From the NCBI RefSeq assembly GCF_963921235.1, contig NC_086097.1, positions 32,056,001 to 32,120,000 of the forward strand: a DNA stretch of 64,000 bases. The letters are read 5' to 3'. The translations under genes and the position numbers were made by a program. This DNA is from Mobula hypostoma. Lineage: Eukaryota. Positions 51,701 to 60,410 of this stretch are shown here, in pieces (the first letter of the stretch is position 1; the number at the start of each line of letters is the position of its first letter). The notes below the pieces were generated by a model. That model saw only the letters and a list, made by a program, of their open reading frames with translations, made no database searches and was not told the origin of the DNA.

Positions 51701-54700
51701 CGGTCGCTGCTGTCCACTGCTGGGACACAGTGCACTGGACACTGGCAAGCAGTTCACTCTGACACACGTGGAGGGAAGGTTTGCAGATGGCAGACACTGG
51801 AATCTGAAGGTACACAAACCCCTGAGGGACTCAGCAGGTTGAGCAGCGTCTGCCTGTGACCACACCCCCAAATTCGCCTCAGAATCCCTCCCTCTCTCAT
51901 GACCATCTCTCCTCTCCACTCTCAGTCCTGACACAAATGTCACCAATAACTCCCCCCTCCCCACCCACTGAGTTCCTCCTGTCACAGTCACAGAGCATTA
52001 CAGCACAGAAATAGGCCCTTCAGCCCATCTAATCCATGCCAAACTGTTATTCTGCCTAGTCCCATTGACCTGCATCCAGACCATAGCCCTCCATAACCCT
52101 TCCATCCATGTACTTACCCAAATTTCTCTTAAATGTTAAAATGAAACCTGCATCCACCACTTCCACTGGCAAATCGTTCCACACTTTCACCACCCTCCAA
52201 GTGAAGAAATTCCCCCTTAGGTCCCCTTAAACAGTTCACCTTTCATCCTTAGCCCATGACCTCTAATTCTAGTCTGGCCCAACTGGAGTGGAAAAATCCT
52301 ACTTGCATTTACCCAATCGGTAACCCTCATAATTTTGTATACCTCTATCGAATCCTTTTCTATTCTCCTACACTCCAGGGAACACAGTCCTAACCTAGTC
52401 AACCTTTCCCTATAACTCAGGTCCTCAAGTCCTGGCAACATCCTTGTAATTTTTTTCTCTGCACTTTTTCAATCTTATTGACATCTCTCCTGTCGGCAGG
52501 TGACCAGAACTGCACTCAATGCTCCAAATTACGGTCCACCAACACCTTATACAACTTCAACCTAACATCCCAGCAGGCACGTGGCCAAGTGGTTAAGGCA
52601 CTGGACTAGCGACCTGAAAGGATGTGAGTTTGAGCCCCAGCCGAGGCAATGTGTTGTGTCCTTGAGCAAGGCACTTAATCACACTGGTGCCAAGCTGTAT
52701 GGGTTCTAATGCCCTTCCCTTGGACAACATTGGTGTTGTGGAGAGGGGAGACTTGCAGCATGGGCAACTGCTGGTCTTCCATACAACCTTGCCCAGGCTT
52801 GCAAGACTAACGGATAACATCCCAGCTCCTGTACTCAATACTTTACGTTACGGAGGCCAACGTGCCAAAATCTCTCTTTACAACTCTGTCCACCTACCCC
52901 CGGGCTCCAAGACTCTCATCCAAGCCACCTCCTCCCATCCCTCCGCTAACCCCATGGAACTCACCGCCAGGCGCAGCTGTTCCCACTGGTTCTCCAGCTG
53001 TGTCACCTGTTCCTGAAAGCCGATTGCTGAGCTCTGGACAAGCTGCGCACCAAGGAGGGTCTTCTGGCTGCTCAGCTCAGCCAGGCGGCTGCTCCAGGCC
53101 CCCTGGGTCTGCTCCAGCTCCTGCCAATCGCAACATATGCAGAGTCAGGGAAGGCGAGTGAAAAACTTGCAGGGGCATCACAGGCTCGCGGGTGCAGACA
53201 ACACACAGAAATGTTCATGATACATAAATCATGCAGGCCGGTAGTAAAACACAATCAGAAATGAGTCCCTGGCAGTGCTCCATTGCTGAGGTAGGGTTAA
53301 AGTTGAAGAACCATTCCCCATTCTGGCTCTCCTCTTACACTTCTGTTCTCAGCACCTGCCCATCACCTCCCTCTGGTTCCCCTCCATCTTTACTTTCTCC
53401 TATGGTATGCTCTTCTCTCCTATCAGATTCCTTCTTCTTCAGCCCATTACCTCTTCCACCTATCCCCTTCGCAGCTTCTTACTGCATCGCCTACCCTCCC
53501 TGACCCACCCGCCTACCCCCTCACCTGGTCTCACTATCACCTGCCAGCTTGTACTCCTCCCCCCCCCCCCACCACCACCACCACATTCATATTCTGGCTC
53601 CTGCCCCCTTCCTTTCCAGACCCGATGCGGAGTCTCAGCCCAGAAATGTTGACTGGTTATTCTCCTCCACAGATGCTACCTGACCTGCTGAGTTCTTCCA
53701 GTATATTGTGTGTGTCGCTCAGGATTTATATGTTTTTGAAACGTAATAATTTGTCTTGCACTGTACGTGTGCTGCAAAACCACAAATTTCACGACATATT
53801 TCAGAGATAACAAACCTGATTTTGATTGAACTTCTATCGATGCACTCTTGAAGGTATCCTGACTGATGCACCCATGACCTGGACTGGCAATTTCACCTCG
53901 TGGGAACGTAAGAGGCTGCAGAGAGCAATGGACGCAGCCCAGTCCAACATGGACACAGCCCAGTCCATCATGGGCACAGCCCAGTCCAACCCGGGCACAG
54001 CCCAGTCCAACACTGGCACAGCCCTCCCCGGCATCTACAGGCAGTGTTGCCTCAAGGAGGAGGCCTCCCACATTAATACTGTCACCGACAGTAACATTTC
54101 TTCTTTTGTGGCAGTGGTACAGTGCAAGACACAAAACGACTATAAGCTACAAATATACATAAACAGAGCTGACGAGGAATAGTGAGAGGGTTCATGGACC
54201 CTTCCCAAATCTGACAGTGGAGGGGAAGAAGCTGTTCCTAAAACAGTGCGTGCCTTCAGGCTCCTGTACCTCCTCCCTGAAGGAAGAAATGAGGAAAGGC
54301 CCCGTTTGAGACGGTGAGGGTCCTCAATGATGAATGCCGGTAACCTGCTAATTTTCCTTAAACTTCTAAGAAATTAGAAGCACTGGCCAAGGGGAAGTTC
54401 TATGTCTGGTGCGCCAACGCTCATTCATGCATGCTGTGAGCCCACGCAGTTGTTGGTGAAGTTTTATGGTGCCTTTCCCACCATACACGGCAGAATATTG
54501 TACTTCTATAGTAATGGGGATGTGTAAATGTGTATGTATTGTAGTTAAGATAGATACTTCTGTTTATTGTGTAATATGATTGTAACTACATTGTGGGCTG
54601 CATCATATTCTAATTCATGTTGGTAATTAAAGATGGTATGTCCTAGTGCCAAATAAGCAAAACTCATTGCCGTTAGTGTGGGAGAGAGACAGCAGCTGTC

Positions 54701-57700
54701 AGCAGTTCGCACTGGACACAAATAAGTATGGAGCAATTATAGTGTTTTCTGGAAGGTATCTTTTTGTAAATATTGGCAGTTTTCACTATTTTCACTAATT
54801 TTTGCAAGTTTGATTTTTGAGGAACCTAATGAACACCCTTGTACTAACGTACTAAGTGACTCCAGCCATCTTCCCTTTGGTGGTAACCTGCGTATCTAAT
54901 AAACACCCACCACGGGCACCCAACCATCACCCACCACTCTTACCTGCAGCCTACTCTGCTCCCTCTGAAGGTCCTCAATGGATCGAGGCAAGGCCCTCTT
55001 CAGATCTCTCCTTATCTCTTGGAACGCAGGCCCCAGGACAGCTATCTCGCGGTCACATCTGGTACACATCTGCCCACATCAGCACAGATGGATGGATGGG
55101 TTAGAACACCATTACTCAGATACTGAGGCCCACTCAGGAGGGTAAGCAAGATCCCGGGGGAAGGGTGGGGGAGAGTGTTGGAGATCTGGGTTGGGACTTA
55201 CTCCCTCGCCTGATGTGCTCAGGTTTATGAGTAATAGTACACCATAGCATAGAAACAGGCCATTCAGCCCATCTAGTCTGTGCCATTTGGCAGGGTTTGG
55301 TGGAGTTCTGGGAGGTACGTCAGTGGGTGTGAGAGGGCTCACAGATCGACACACTCGCCAAGATACCCATCGCCATTCAGTGGTACCAGAGGCTATGGCA
55401 AGCATCCGGCAAAGGAAGGCAAAGGGGTGAAGGCAGTATTGAGCACACGAGCCTTCATCAGTCAGGGTGCTGAGTATCGGAGTTGGGACGTCATGTTACA
55501 TCTGATCAAGAGGTACAGTATTGGTGACACCAAACTCAGAGTACTACATGCAGTTCCAGTCACCCAGCTATGGGAAGGGTGTCATCAATAAGACCATAGG
55601 AACAGAATTAGGCCATTCAGCCCATCGGGTCTGCTCTGCCATTCAATCAAGGCTGATTTATTATCTCTCTCAATCCCATTCACCTGCCTTCCCTCCATGA
55701 CCTCTGACACCCTTACTAATAAAGAATCTATCAGCTTTCACTTTAAATACACCCAATGACTTGGCCTCCACAACCGTCTGTGGTAATGAATTCCACAGAT
55801 TCAGCACCCTCTGGCTAAAGAATTTCCTCATCTCTGTTCTAAAGGATATTCCTCTATTCTGAGGCTGATGACCAGAATTTCCTAGCCTCACCATCTACTG
55901 GAAACATTCTCTCCACACCCTCTCTACCAAAACCCTACAATATTTAAAATGTTTCAATGAGATCCCCCCCTCATTCTTCTAAACTCAGCGAGTATAGGCC
56001 CAGAACCACCAAACTCTCCTCGCATATTAACCCTTTCATTCTCAGAATCACTCTCACGAACCTGCAGGGACCTCTCCGGCACCAGCACATCTTTTCTTAG
56101 ATTAGGGGCCCAAAACTGCTTACATTACTCCAAGTGTGGTCTGACCAATGCCTTATAGAGCCTTAGCTCTATACATCCTTTCTCTTATATCTTTTCTCTT
56201 ATATTGTAGTCTACTTGAAATGAATGCTAACATTGCATTTGCCTTCCTTACCACCGATTCAACCTACAAGCTAACCTTCAGGGAATTCTGCATGAGGACT
56301 TCCAAGTCCCTTTGCACCTCTAATTTCTGAATTTTCTCTCCATTTAGGAAACAGTTTACACCTTTATTCCTTCTACCAAAGTGCATGACTATACATTTCC
56401 CTACACTACATTTCATCTTTCTCTTCTTTGCCAATTCTCCTAATCTTAGACCTTCTTCAGACCCCCTCCTTCCTCAACACTAACTGCCCCTCCACCTACC
56501 TTCATATCATCTGCAAACTTGGCCACAAATCCATCAAATTTGTCATCCAAATCATCCATACATAACATAAAAAGAAGTGGTCCCAGCACTGATCCCTGCA
56601 GGACATCACGAGTCTCCGGCAGCCAACCAGAAAAGGCCCCTTTTATTCCCACTTTCTGCCTCCTGTCTGTCAGCCAATTTTCTATCCATGCTAGAATCTT
56701 TCCTGGAATACCATGAATTCTCATCTTGCTTAGCAAGCTCATGTGCATCACCTTATCCAAGGCCTTCTGAAGATCCAAATAAACAACAGGCACTGACTCT
56801 CTTTGTCTATCCTGCTTGTTATTTCCTCAAAGAATTCCAGCAAATCTGTTAGGCAAGATTTCCCCTTAAGGAAACATGCTGATTTTGGCCTATTTTGTCA
56901 TGTGCCTCCAAGTATCCCAACTCCAATATCATCCTTACTACTGGACTCCAACATCTTCCTAACCACTGAAGTCAGACTAACTGGCCAATAATTTCCTTTT
57001 TTTGCCTCCTTCCCATCTTACAAAGAGTGGAGTGATATTTGCAATTTCCCAGTTCTCCCGAACCATTCCAGAATCTCGTGATTTCTGAGGGCCTGAGGGC
57101 GAGGCGGACAGGTGGAAGGTGGTGGAATGTGAGTACGATTGGGGGACACTAGCCTCTCACCTACCTCCTGGACGTTGGCCAGCTGTGCAGCATTGTCCTT
57201 CACCTGCGCACTGGCCCACTTCCAGCCCTCCTGCAGCTGATCCAGCTGCTCCCGGAGCACCGACTGCGTTTGGGTGTTGGCCTCTGACAGTAGCCATCTG
57301 CCCAGCTCCACCGTCTGCAGGTAGCAGCCTTTGTGGCGATTTAGAATACGCTCCTCGTGCTGGGGGGGGGGAGATGAGAGGAGGGGGATAAACAGAATGG
57401 TCAACAGTCGAACACTGAAGGCAGGGGAATGTCAACAGTCAATGTTCAATGGGGTGAAGACTATCAATGGTCACCACCCAACAGGGAGAAGGCTGCCAAT
57501 GGTCACCATCCAATGGGGAGAAGGCTATCAATGGTCACCACCCAATGGGGACAGTGGGTACCAGCCAAAATGGAGAGTGGCAGTAGTGGGTACCACCAAT
57601 AAAGATAGAGGCTGTCATACGTGACTGTTCAGTGAGGATAGATGGTCAATGTCCAATGGGGAAAGGGGATACCAATGGTCTCCGGACAATATGGAAAGAA

Positions 57701-60410
57701 GTCAACAATATCATCATCCAATAGGGAGAAGGCTATCAATAGTCACTAGCCAATAGAAAGAGAGACATCAAGAATCACCATCTAATAGAGAGAGGCTGTT
57801 AAGAGTTATACTCCAATAGAGAGAAGGATGTTAATTGGTACTGTCCAATGATGAGAGAGGTGCCAATGGATACTATCCAATAGGGATTGAGAATGTCAGA
57901 GATGACCATCCAATGGGAGAGAAGCTGCCAATGGAGAGAATCACAGGGCAGTAAAGAGGCCATTCTTCCTATCAGGCCTGTCTCAGCCCTTTTAAAAGTG
58001 ATTCTCTCAGCTCAAACCAGTCCCTTTGTGGATCCCATTCCCCCACCCAACCATCATCCCAGGTACCCTGTTTCCTTTTGAGGGCAACTACTAAATCAGT
58101 TTCTTCCTCCTGACACAGAGGACTGCTGGGGAAGGGTTGCTCCCCTCCCCATCTCCCTATGCCCTTCCCATTCTTCCCCTCCTCATCTTTCCACATCCCA
58201 CCCTTTCCCTCCCCTATCCCTCACACCTCTCCCCTCCTGCCCTTCCCTGTTCTGATTCAGGACTCTAGCCAGGGGTGGGGGGGGGTGGGCATGGGCTTGT
58301 GGGTGGGGCGTGGATGAGCGGCCAACAGAAACGTGACCTCGATCTTTACCTGTAGTTCATCCTGAAGCGCCCAGGTCTCTGCCAGCGTGTAGTGGCCCAA
58401 CCTGTCCATCGCACGGAGGCAGGGCCCGACCCCTGCCAAAAGCCGCTGCAGCCCAGCCCTGGATGCACGGTACCGGCACCACCAGTCGGTCCGTACACGG
58501 ATCTCGGACCATTGGCACTTGGAGGGACCACTGCAAGGCAAGGGAGAGGGTCAGCCTTAACTGGCCACACTGGCGAGGAGGGGAGGGGGACAAAGAAAGA
58601 AAGAGCAGGCAGGGTACACAGGGTGCTGGGAGAGACAGTGGGAGATGTGGGGAGTGGTGGGGGGAGACATGGGGTCTGCGAGCAAGGGCATGGAGTAGGC
58701 AGCACAGAGATAGGTGGGGGTTAGGGAGATGTGGGAGAAACAGGATAGGGAATGCAGGGGAGGGGGGGGTACCAGGCAGACAAGGGAGGAGAGAGGGAGA
58801 CAAGAAAGGGGGGGGAGGAGTTGAGAGGCAACGTGGGACAGAGGGGGTTAGGGAGACAAGGGGTGGGATAGGCAGGGTTTTAGGGAGATGCAGGGAGTGG
58901 GAGATGAGCTGAAGGAGGTTAGGGAGATGGTGAGGTGTGGGAGACAGTATTAGAAAGATGAAGAAGTGGGGAGATATCTGTTAGGGAGACATGATGTTAG
59001 GGATTTGCAGAGTGGGGCAATTTGGCTTGCATGCTCCTGAGGGCTGTAGAGGGGTGGTTGCCACGTTGACCGGCCCATCACCTGTGCGGACCCTCTGCAG
59101 GCGAGGGTTGTGACTTCTCGCTGTCTGTCCCTTCCGCCATCTGTCGGACCAGCCCCACCTCCGTCTGCAGACCCTGTGTCAGGGGCAGAGTAAGAGGGTG
59201 AGCAGTTGTTTCCACTCAACCGCGCCCCCCCATCCATTCCCTCCCTCCTCAATGCCCCCTCCCCAAACCCTGAACCACCTTGCCCGACTCCCCCCCACCT
59301 CCAATGACCACCACAGCTACCAACCCCACATTGCTGTAGCACCTCTCACCTTCCCTCCCTCACGCTAGGTACCAAGCTGTGCAGCTGTCACAGGGGCAGG
59401 GAGAGGGGCACCTCACCTACCCTAGGTCTCCGGCACCAAGGGGTTCTTCCCCACTGGAGGGGTGGGCAGTCACAGCCCTGCTGCCCCACCAGAACAGGGA
59501 GTGTAGAGAACGTCTCCCGCTGGACCTTGAGGGATTGAAAGTGAGTAGTGGGGTAGTCCACCCTTCTTTACTGCACAGGCGTTCCTACAGCTTATGGCTC
59601 GGGAAGAGGGAAATCGGGGGCAATTTTAATACATTTAGTCACACAGGCATAGAGTAAAACAATATGGAAACAGGTCCTTTGGCCCAGCGTAGATTACCCA
59701 TACCCAGGACTATGGGTCCCTACACCATCTCCTGCTCGCAGGCCTAAGCACAGGGAGTGGCAGTGGCCTCCCACCCCAGGACGGGGCTCACTGACAGCCA
59801 CTGGCCTTGGGCTTAGTTCTTACTGTTAGAGTGATTTTTGGGTTGAGGACACATACATTTAGCAACTGACTTTGGCTACCAGTCTTCACGTCTGAATATG
59901 TATTGTGGATTCAATTTGGAGTGCAGCTCTGAGTAATGGATTCCTAAAAGCAGTGAATCCCAGACCAGACAATACTGATTAAACTTCATTTAGATGTCTG
60001 TGGTGTGGGTGCGAATCAGGAGGTGTGAAAGCATTGTCTATACATTGTAAATATGGAATTGTCCTTTGATGTTTGGGACGGAAAATATCCAGCCCCATCG
60101 AAACCGTCTCCAGATGATGCCTGCTGCACCTTGTTTAACAAATAAAGAAGCTGCCTTGTATCTACCAGTAATTTTCTCTGGTGACTTCATTCACGCAACA
60201 ACACTTACCTCGTGGGATTCCAGATGCTCGAGGTTGCCAGGCAATCCGGCCTCCCCCTCTCCCCCAGCTGCTGCATCGTGCTCGGGTCTCAGCTGGTGGG
60301 CTTCCAGCCACTCAAGTTTGCCGGGAAGGCCGACCACCAGCTTCTCCTCCAGCTCCCGCCAAAGATGTCTCCAGTACTCGTGGTCGGGCTCCCCCGCTCC
60401 CTGCGACCAG
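6588..60410 (-). CDS. SYNE2: Nesprin-2 (SYNE2-like), partial multi-exon CDS: 18 exons, about 1001 aa of C-terminal spectrin repeats plus LEWD region
   Basis: All 18 exons have AG/GT boundaries and matching phases with no internal stop. Peptides EITLNTNKIDQLIV, WLTEMDLQLTNVEHFS and ETPVSVDSIPLEWDHTVDVGGSSS match remembered nesprin-2 better than nesprin-1. Confidence 0.9.
6820..7195 (-). mobile_element. tRNA-derived SINE
   Basis: Minus-strand head with A box (TAGTGTAGCGG), B-box-like GGTTCGTGTCC and AATAAA tail; relatives near 13920-14140, 37760-37870, 44815-44985, 50310-50590. Confidence 0.65.
7903..8029 (-). CDS. SYNE2: SYNE2-like exon Q (127 nt): AKLLSEGSGSTEDVQRV...SDQPMA(G)
   Basis: CTCTAG acceptor, CAG|GTGAGG donor, phase 0 to 1; xKLL start as in nesprins. 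Confidence 0.85.
8105..8560. repeat. 50-bp minisatellite (GAAGCCCCCTCTGCACCGTCCCATCACACACTTCCAGGGGTAGACAGAGT), about 9 copies
   Basis: Units start at 8111, 8161, 8211, 8261, 8311, 8361 and then degenerate. Confidence 0.95.
8979..13430 (+). mobile_element. Full-length CR1 LINE: CpG-rich 5' UTR, ORF1 (Zn finger, leucine zipper, SGNH esterase; 9353-10276), disrupted ORF2 (about 10572-13369)
   Basis: CSIC...HTCRTC, VIGDSIVRG, VHVGTND, DGLHLN; APE motifs (ETWL, YRPP, GSDH) and RT motifs; several stops and frameshifts. Splits an older minus-strand CR1 (8830-8978 and 13431-13690). Confidence 0.95.
14441..14559 (-). CDS. SYNE2: SYNE2-like exon P (119 nt): GDLAQASTVWHPGTS...SAHRQDY
   Basis: TTGCAG acceptor, GTAAGA donor, phase 1 to 0 as required. 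Confidence 0.82.
15420..15663 (-). CDS. SYNE2: SYNE2-like exon O (244 nt) with LEWD kinesin-1 light-chain binding motif
   Basis: CTCCAG acceptor, GTGAGT donor; SGRETPVSVDSIPLEWDHTVDVGGSSSQDEDE. Confidence 0.95.
15700..16420. repeat. C-rich low-complexity tandem array (CCACCCACTGACTCCCC / CACTCAGACTCCCCAC variants)
   Basis: Directly visible; G-runs on the transcribed strand. Confidence 0.9.
16885..17592 (+). mobile_element. Probable RTE-related non-autonomous element, interrupted by a CR1 3' tail (about 17048-17175, minus)
   Basis: GGAGAAGGAAAACTCTGATCTCAAAC resembles RTE 5' regions as I recall them; no ORF. Confidence 0.45.
17778..17972 (-). CDS. SYNE2: SYNE2-like exon N (195 nt): AFQHEITLNTNKIDQLIVSGEQLIQK...VFGRVARFHQRLVAVQP
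   Basis: CTCAG acceptor, GTAAGG donor; very close to remembered nesprin-2 peptide. Confidence 0.94.
18054..18405 (+). mobile_element. SINE-like insertion with AGAAGAAGGCAATGG motif and (AACG)n tail, nested in another SINE
   Basis: Host SINE sequence (atcacatgtacatc...atatacagtgaaatgcatt) is split; short ATTG duplication. Confidence 0.55.
19187..19954 (-). mobile_element. Solo LTR (Gypsy-type) containing 30-bp tandem repeats, inserted in a CR1 fragment
   Basis: TGT...ACA termini, flanks GTATC/GTATA, minus-strand CATAAAA near 19845 and AATAAA near 19260; CR1 sequence resumes on both sides. Confidence 0.75.
21471..22525 (-). mobile_element. Young CR1 copy inserted in Gypsy gag
   Basis: Near-identical to 4358-5405; same tail repeat. 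Confidence 0.95.
22751..23927 (-). mobile_element. Non-autonomous hAT (Charlie/Buster-type) DNA transposon inserted in Gypsy gag
   Basis: TIRs CAGGGGTCCCCAA / TTGGGGACCGCTG, perfect 8-bp TSD CACTAAGG, transposase C-terminal remnant (FWIKV...KTKLRNRLD...QAQGSH); carries a CR1 3' fragment at about 23170-23365. Confidence 0.95.
25562..26010 (+). mobile_element. CR1 3' fragment inserted in Gypsy pol
   Basis: LGLYSLERRRMRGDL...FFTQRVV; tail CTATGGTAA repeated. Confidence 0.9.
28221..28358 (-). CDS. SYNE2: SYNE2-like exon M (138 nt): HFISQREEFECSRKAIEVWLTEMDLQLTNVEHFSQSDIVDKVRQLN
   Basis: TTCCAG acceptor, GTAAGC donor; not in the ORF track. Confidence 0.94.
28795..28977 (-). CDS. SYNE2: SYNE2-like exon L (183 nt): TFQRQAHERLTQLELINKQFRRLCRENR...ILRRLK
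   Basis: CAG acceptor, AAG|GTAACT donor; LTQLELINKQ motif. Confidence 0.94.
28969..29385. repeat. 100-bp minisatellite, about 4 copies, overlapping the exon L acceptor
   Basis: GGAACG(A/T)CTG recurs at 28971, 29071, 29171, 29271 and degenerately near 29372. Confidence 0.95.
29655..29805 (-). CDS. SYNE2: SYNE2-like exon K (151 nt): IEETWRMWQKILDDYSHFEEWL...AKDELKKYE
   Basis: CAG acceptor, GAG|GTGAGA donor; conserved nesprin peptide. Confidence 0.94.
30459..30655 (-). CDS. SYNE2: SYNE2-like exon J (197 nt): ELQRDIDHHAAGVESVL...LDRRWRNICALSLQRRM
   Basis: CAG acceptor, GTAGGC donor; LDRRWRNIC motif. Confidence 0.93.
31552..31714 (-). CDS. SYNE2: SYNE2-like exon I (163 nt): VSTLMERR...LRSWLAHIEAELSKPLVYTVCNDQEIERKLAEQQ
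   Basis: CAG acceptor, CAG|GTGTGT donor; strong nesprin motif WLAHIE.ELSKP.VY. Confidence 0.93.
31805..32176 (+). mobile_element. CR1 3' fragment
   Basis: LGLFSLERR motif, TTCTATG tail. Confidence 0.8.
32930..34050 (+). mobile_element. Rex1/Babar-type LINE RT fragment
   Basis: GPDG...ANQLAGVYKDIFSLSL...VPTCFK and YVRLLFIDYSSAFNTI motifs; related pieces at 44988-45290 plus 46523-47065, 53825-54085, 61705-62125. Confidence 0.8.
34980..35388 (-). mobile_element. Penelope-type non-autonomous element
   Basis: Reverse complement resembles 53310-53725; degenerate hammerhead-like motif near 35040-35070. Confidence 0.6.
35390..36590. repeat. CA-rich microsatellite fields flanking a GC/CpG-rich unique segment (35945-36380)
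   Basis: Directly visible (CA)n and CACAGA runs. Confidence 0.8.
36667..37690 (-). mobile_element. Young CR1 copy, same family as 4358 and 21471
   Basis: Near-identical sequence; RT C-terminal ORF 36739-37584. Confidence 0.95.
38020..40705 (+). mobile_element. Older CR1 with near-complete but degenerate ORF2
   Basis: NAHSIQNK, ITESW, YRP, SQHGF, DFQKAFDKV, VPQGS motifs with many stops. Confidence 0.9.
40735..43842 (+). mobile_element. Older CR1 (end of ORF1 esterase plus degenerate ORF2)
   Basis: DGLHLN-coding segment, APE and RT motifs, 3' UTR; interrupted at 41927-42112. Confidence 0.88.
41927..42112. mobile_element. Palindromic Penelope-type insertion with about 65-bp inverted arms
   Basis: Arms CACAAAACGCTGGAGGAACTCAGCAGG...CAGTCGACA and TGTCGACTG...CCTGCTGAGTTTCTCCAGTATTTTGTG; flanks TCCAGAGAGGT / TCCAGACAGGT. 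Confidence 0.75.
45288..46522 (-). mobile_element. CR1 RT fragment inserted into a Rex1/Babar fragment
   Basis: FQKAFDKVPH, GVPQGS, KFADD; Rex sequence resumes at 46523. Confidence 0.88.
47722..47948. repeat. About 32-bp degenerate minisatellite (CCCTCCCTCAGTACCACCCTTCCCACAGTGTGA)
   Basis: Directly visible. Confidence 0.85.
47956..48625 (-). mobile_element. Tx1/L1-clade LINE 3' end
   Basis: LLLGLAKMAIH and NRFLSRF peptides typical of Tx1 ORF2 C-termini; AATAAA and A-rich tail. Confidence 0.7.
48679..48845 (-). CDS. SYNE2: SYNE2-like exon H (167 nt): DCVEEIARWQ...ARWEHLNQLIDS(R)
   Basis: CAG acceptor, CAG|GTGAGG donor, phase 0 to 2. Confidence 0.88.
50590..51236 (+). mobile_element. CR1-group (Crack/L2-like) LINE 3' end
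   Basis: YKAQVRSVMEYSPLAWM and SWNSLP peptides; AATAAA-containing tail. Confidence 0.7.
51477..51635 (-). CDS. SYNE2: SYNE2-like exon G (159 nt): GFARGQDINRGLEQWNLFKTRSEELGAWL...IEETIEKLQK
   Basis: CAG acceptor, AAG|GTAAGG donor; resembles the nesprin IEEMIEKL motif. Confidence 0.88.
51995..52900 (-). mobile_element. CR1 3' fragment hosting a SINE
   Basis: LPGLEDLSYRERLTRLGL peptide. Confidence 0.8.
52575..52814 (+). mobile_element. tRNA-derived SINE with perfect 12-bp TSD TAACATCCCAGC
   Basis: A box TGGCCAAGTGG, B-box-like GAGTTTGAGCC; TSD at 52563-52574 and 52815-52826. Confidence 0.85.
52965..53120 (-). CDS. SYNE2: SYNE2-like exon F (156 nt): ELEQTQGAWSSRLAELSS...QLENQWEQLRLA
   Basis: CAG acceptor, GTGAGT donor, 52 codons. 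Confidence 0.85.
53310..53725 (+). mobile_element. Penelope-type non-autonomous element
   Basis: Pyrimidine-rich body then degenerate hammerhead-like motif and CCTGACCTGCTGAGTT end. Confidence 0.6.
54944..55069 (-). CDS. SYNE2: SYNE2-like exon E (126 nt): MCTRCDREIAVLGPAFQEIRRDLKRALPRSIEDLQREQSRLQ
   Basis: CAG acceptor, CAG|GTAAGA donor, 42 codons; not in the ORF track. Confidence 0.85.
55588..57092 (-). mobile_element. Degenerate CR1 RT fragment
   Basis: YLDLQKALDKV, LQGSVLGP, KFADD. Confidence 0.88.
57165..57359 (-). CDS. SYNE2: SYNE2-like exon D (195 nt): HEERILNRHKGCYLQTVELGRWLL...LANVQE
   Basis: Poly-C CAG acceptor, GAG|GTAGGT donor, 65 codons with spectrin-repeat pattern. Confidence 0.85.
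57395..57937. repeat. Degenerate minisatellite (CAATGGTCACCATCCAATGGGGAGAAGGCT-like)
   Basis: Repeated CAATGG/CAATAG and GGGAGAAGGCT motifs. Confidence 0.8.
58350..58530 (-). CDS. SYNE2: SYNE2-like exon C (181 nt): GPSKCQWSEIRVRTDWWCRY...LQDELQ
   Basis: TTGCAG acceptor, CAG|GTAAAG donor, phase 2 to 0. Confidence 0.75.
59082..59173 (-). CDS. SYNE2: SYNE2-like exon B (92 nt): GLQTEVGLVRQMAEGTDSEKSQPSPAEGPH
   Basis: CAG acceptor, CAG|GTGATG donor; phase 0 to 2 exactly bridges exons A and C. Confidence 0.7.
59824..60203 (+). mobile_element. Solo LTR (380 bp) with 5-bp TSD CTTAC
   Basis: TGTT...AACA termini, AATAAA near 60141, CTTAC at 59819-59823 and 60204-60208. Confidence 0.75.
60209..60410 (-). 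CDS. SYNE2: SYNE2-like exon A (202 nt): WSQGAGEPDHEYWRHLWRELEEKLVV...NLEHLESHE
   Basis: TTTTCCAG acceptor, AG|GTAAGT donor, open frame ending in phase 0; peptide is divergent. Confidence 0.7.

Noticed and set aside
52575..52650. Functional tRNA gene
   Set aside because: Degenerate B box, followed by a SINE body and flanked by a TSD; similar reasoning applies to the head at 7125-7195.
53933..54022. AQSNMDT-type peptide repeat protein
   Set aside because: 21-bp tandem expansion within a decayed Rex1/Babar fragment.
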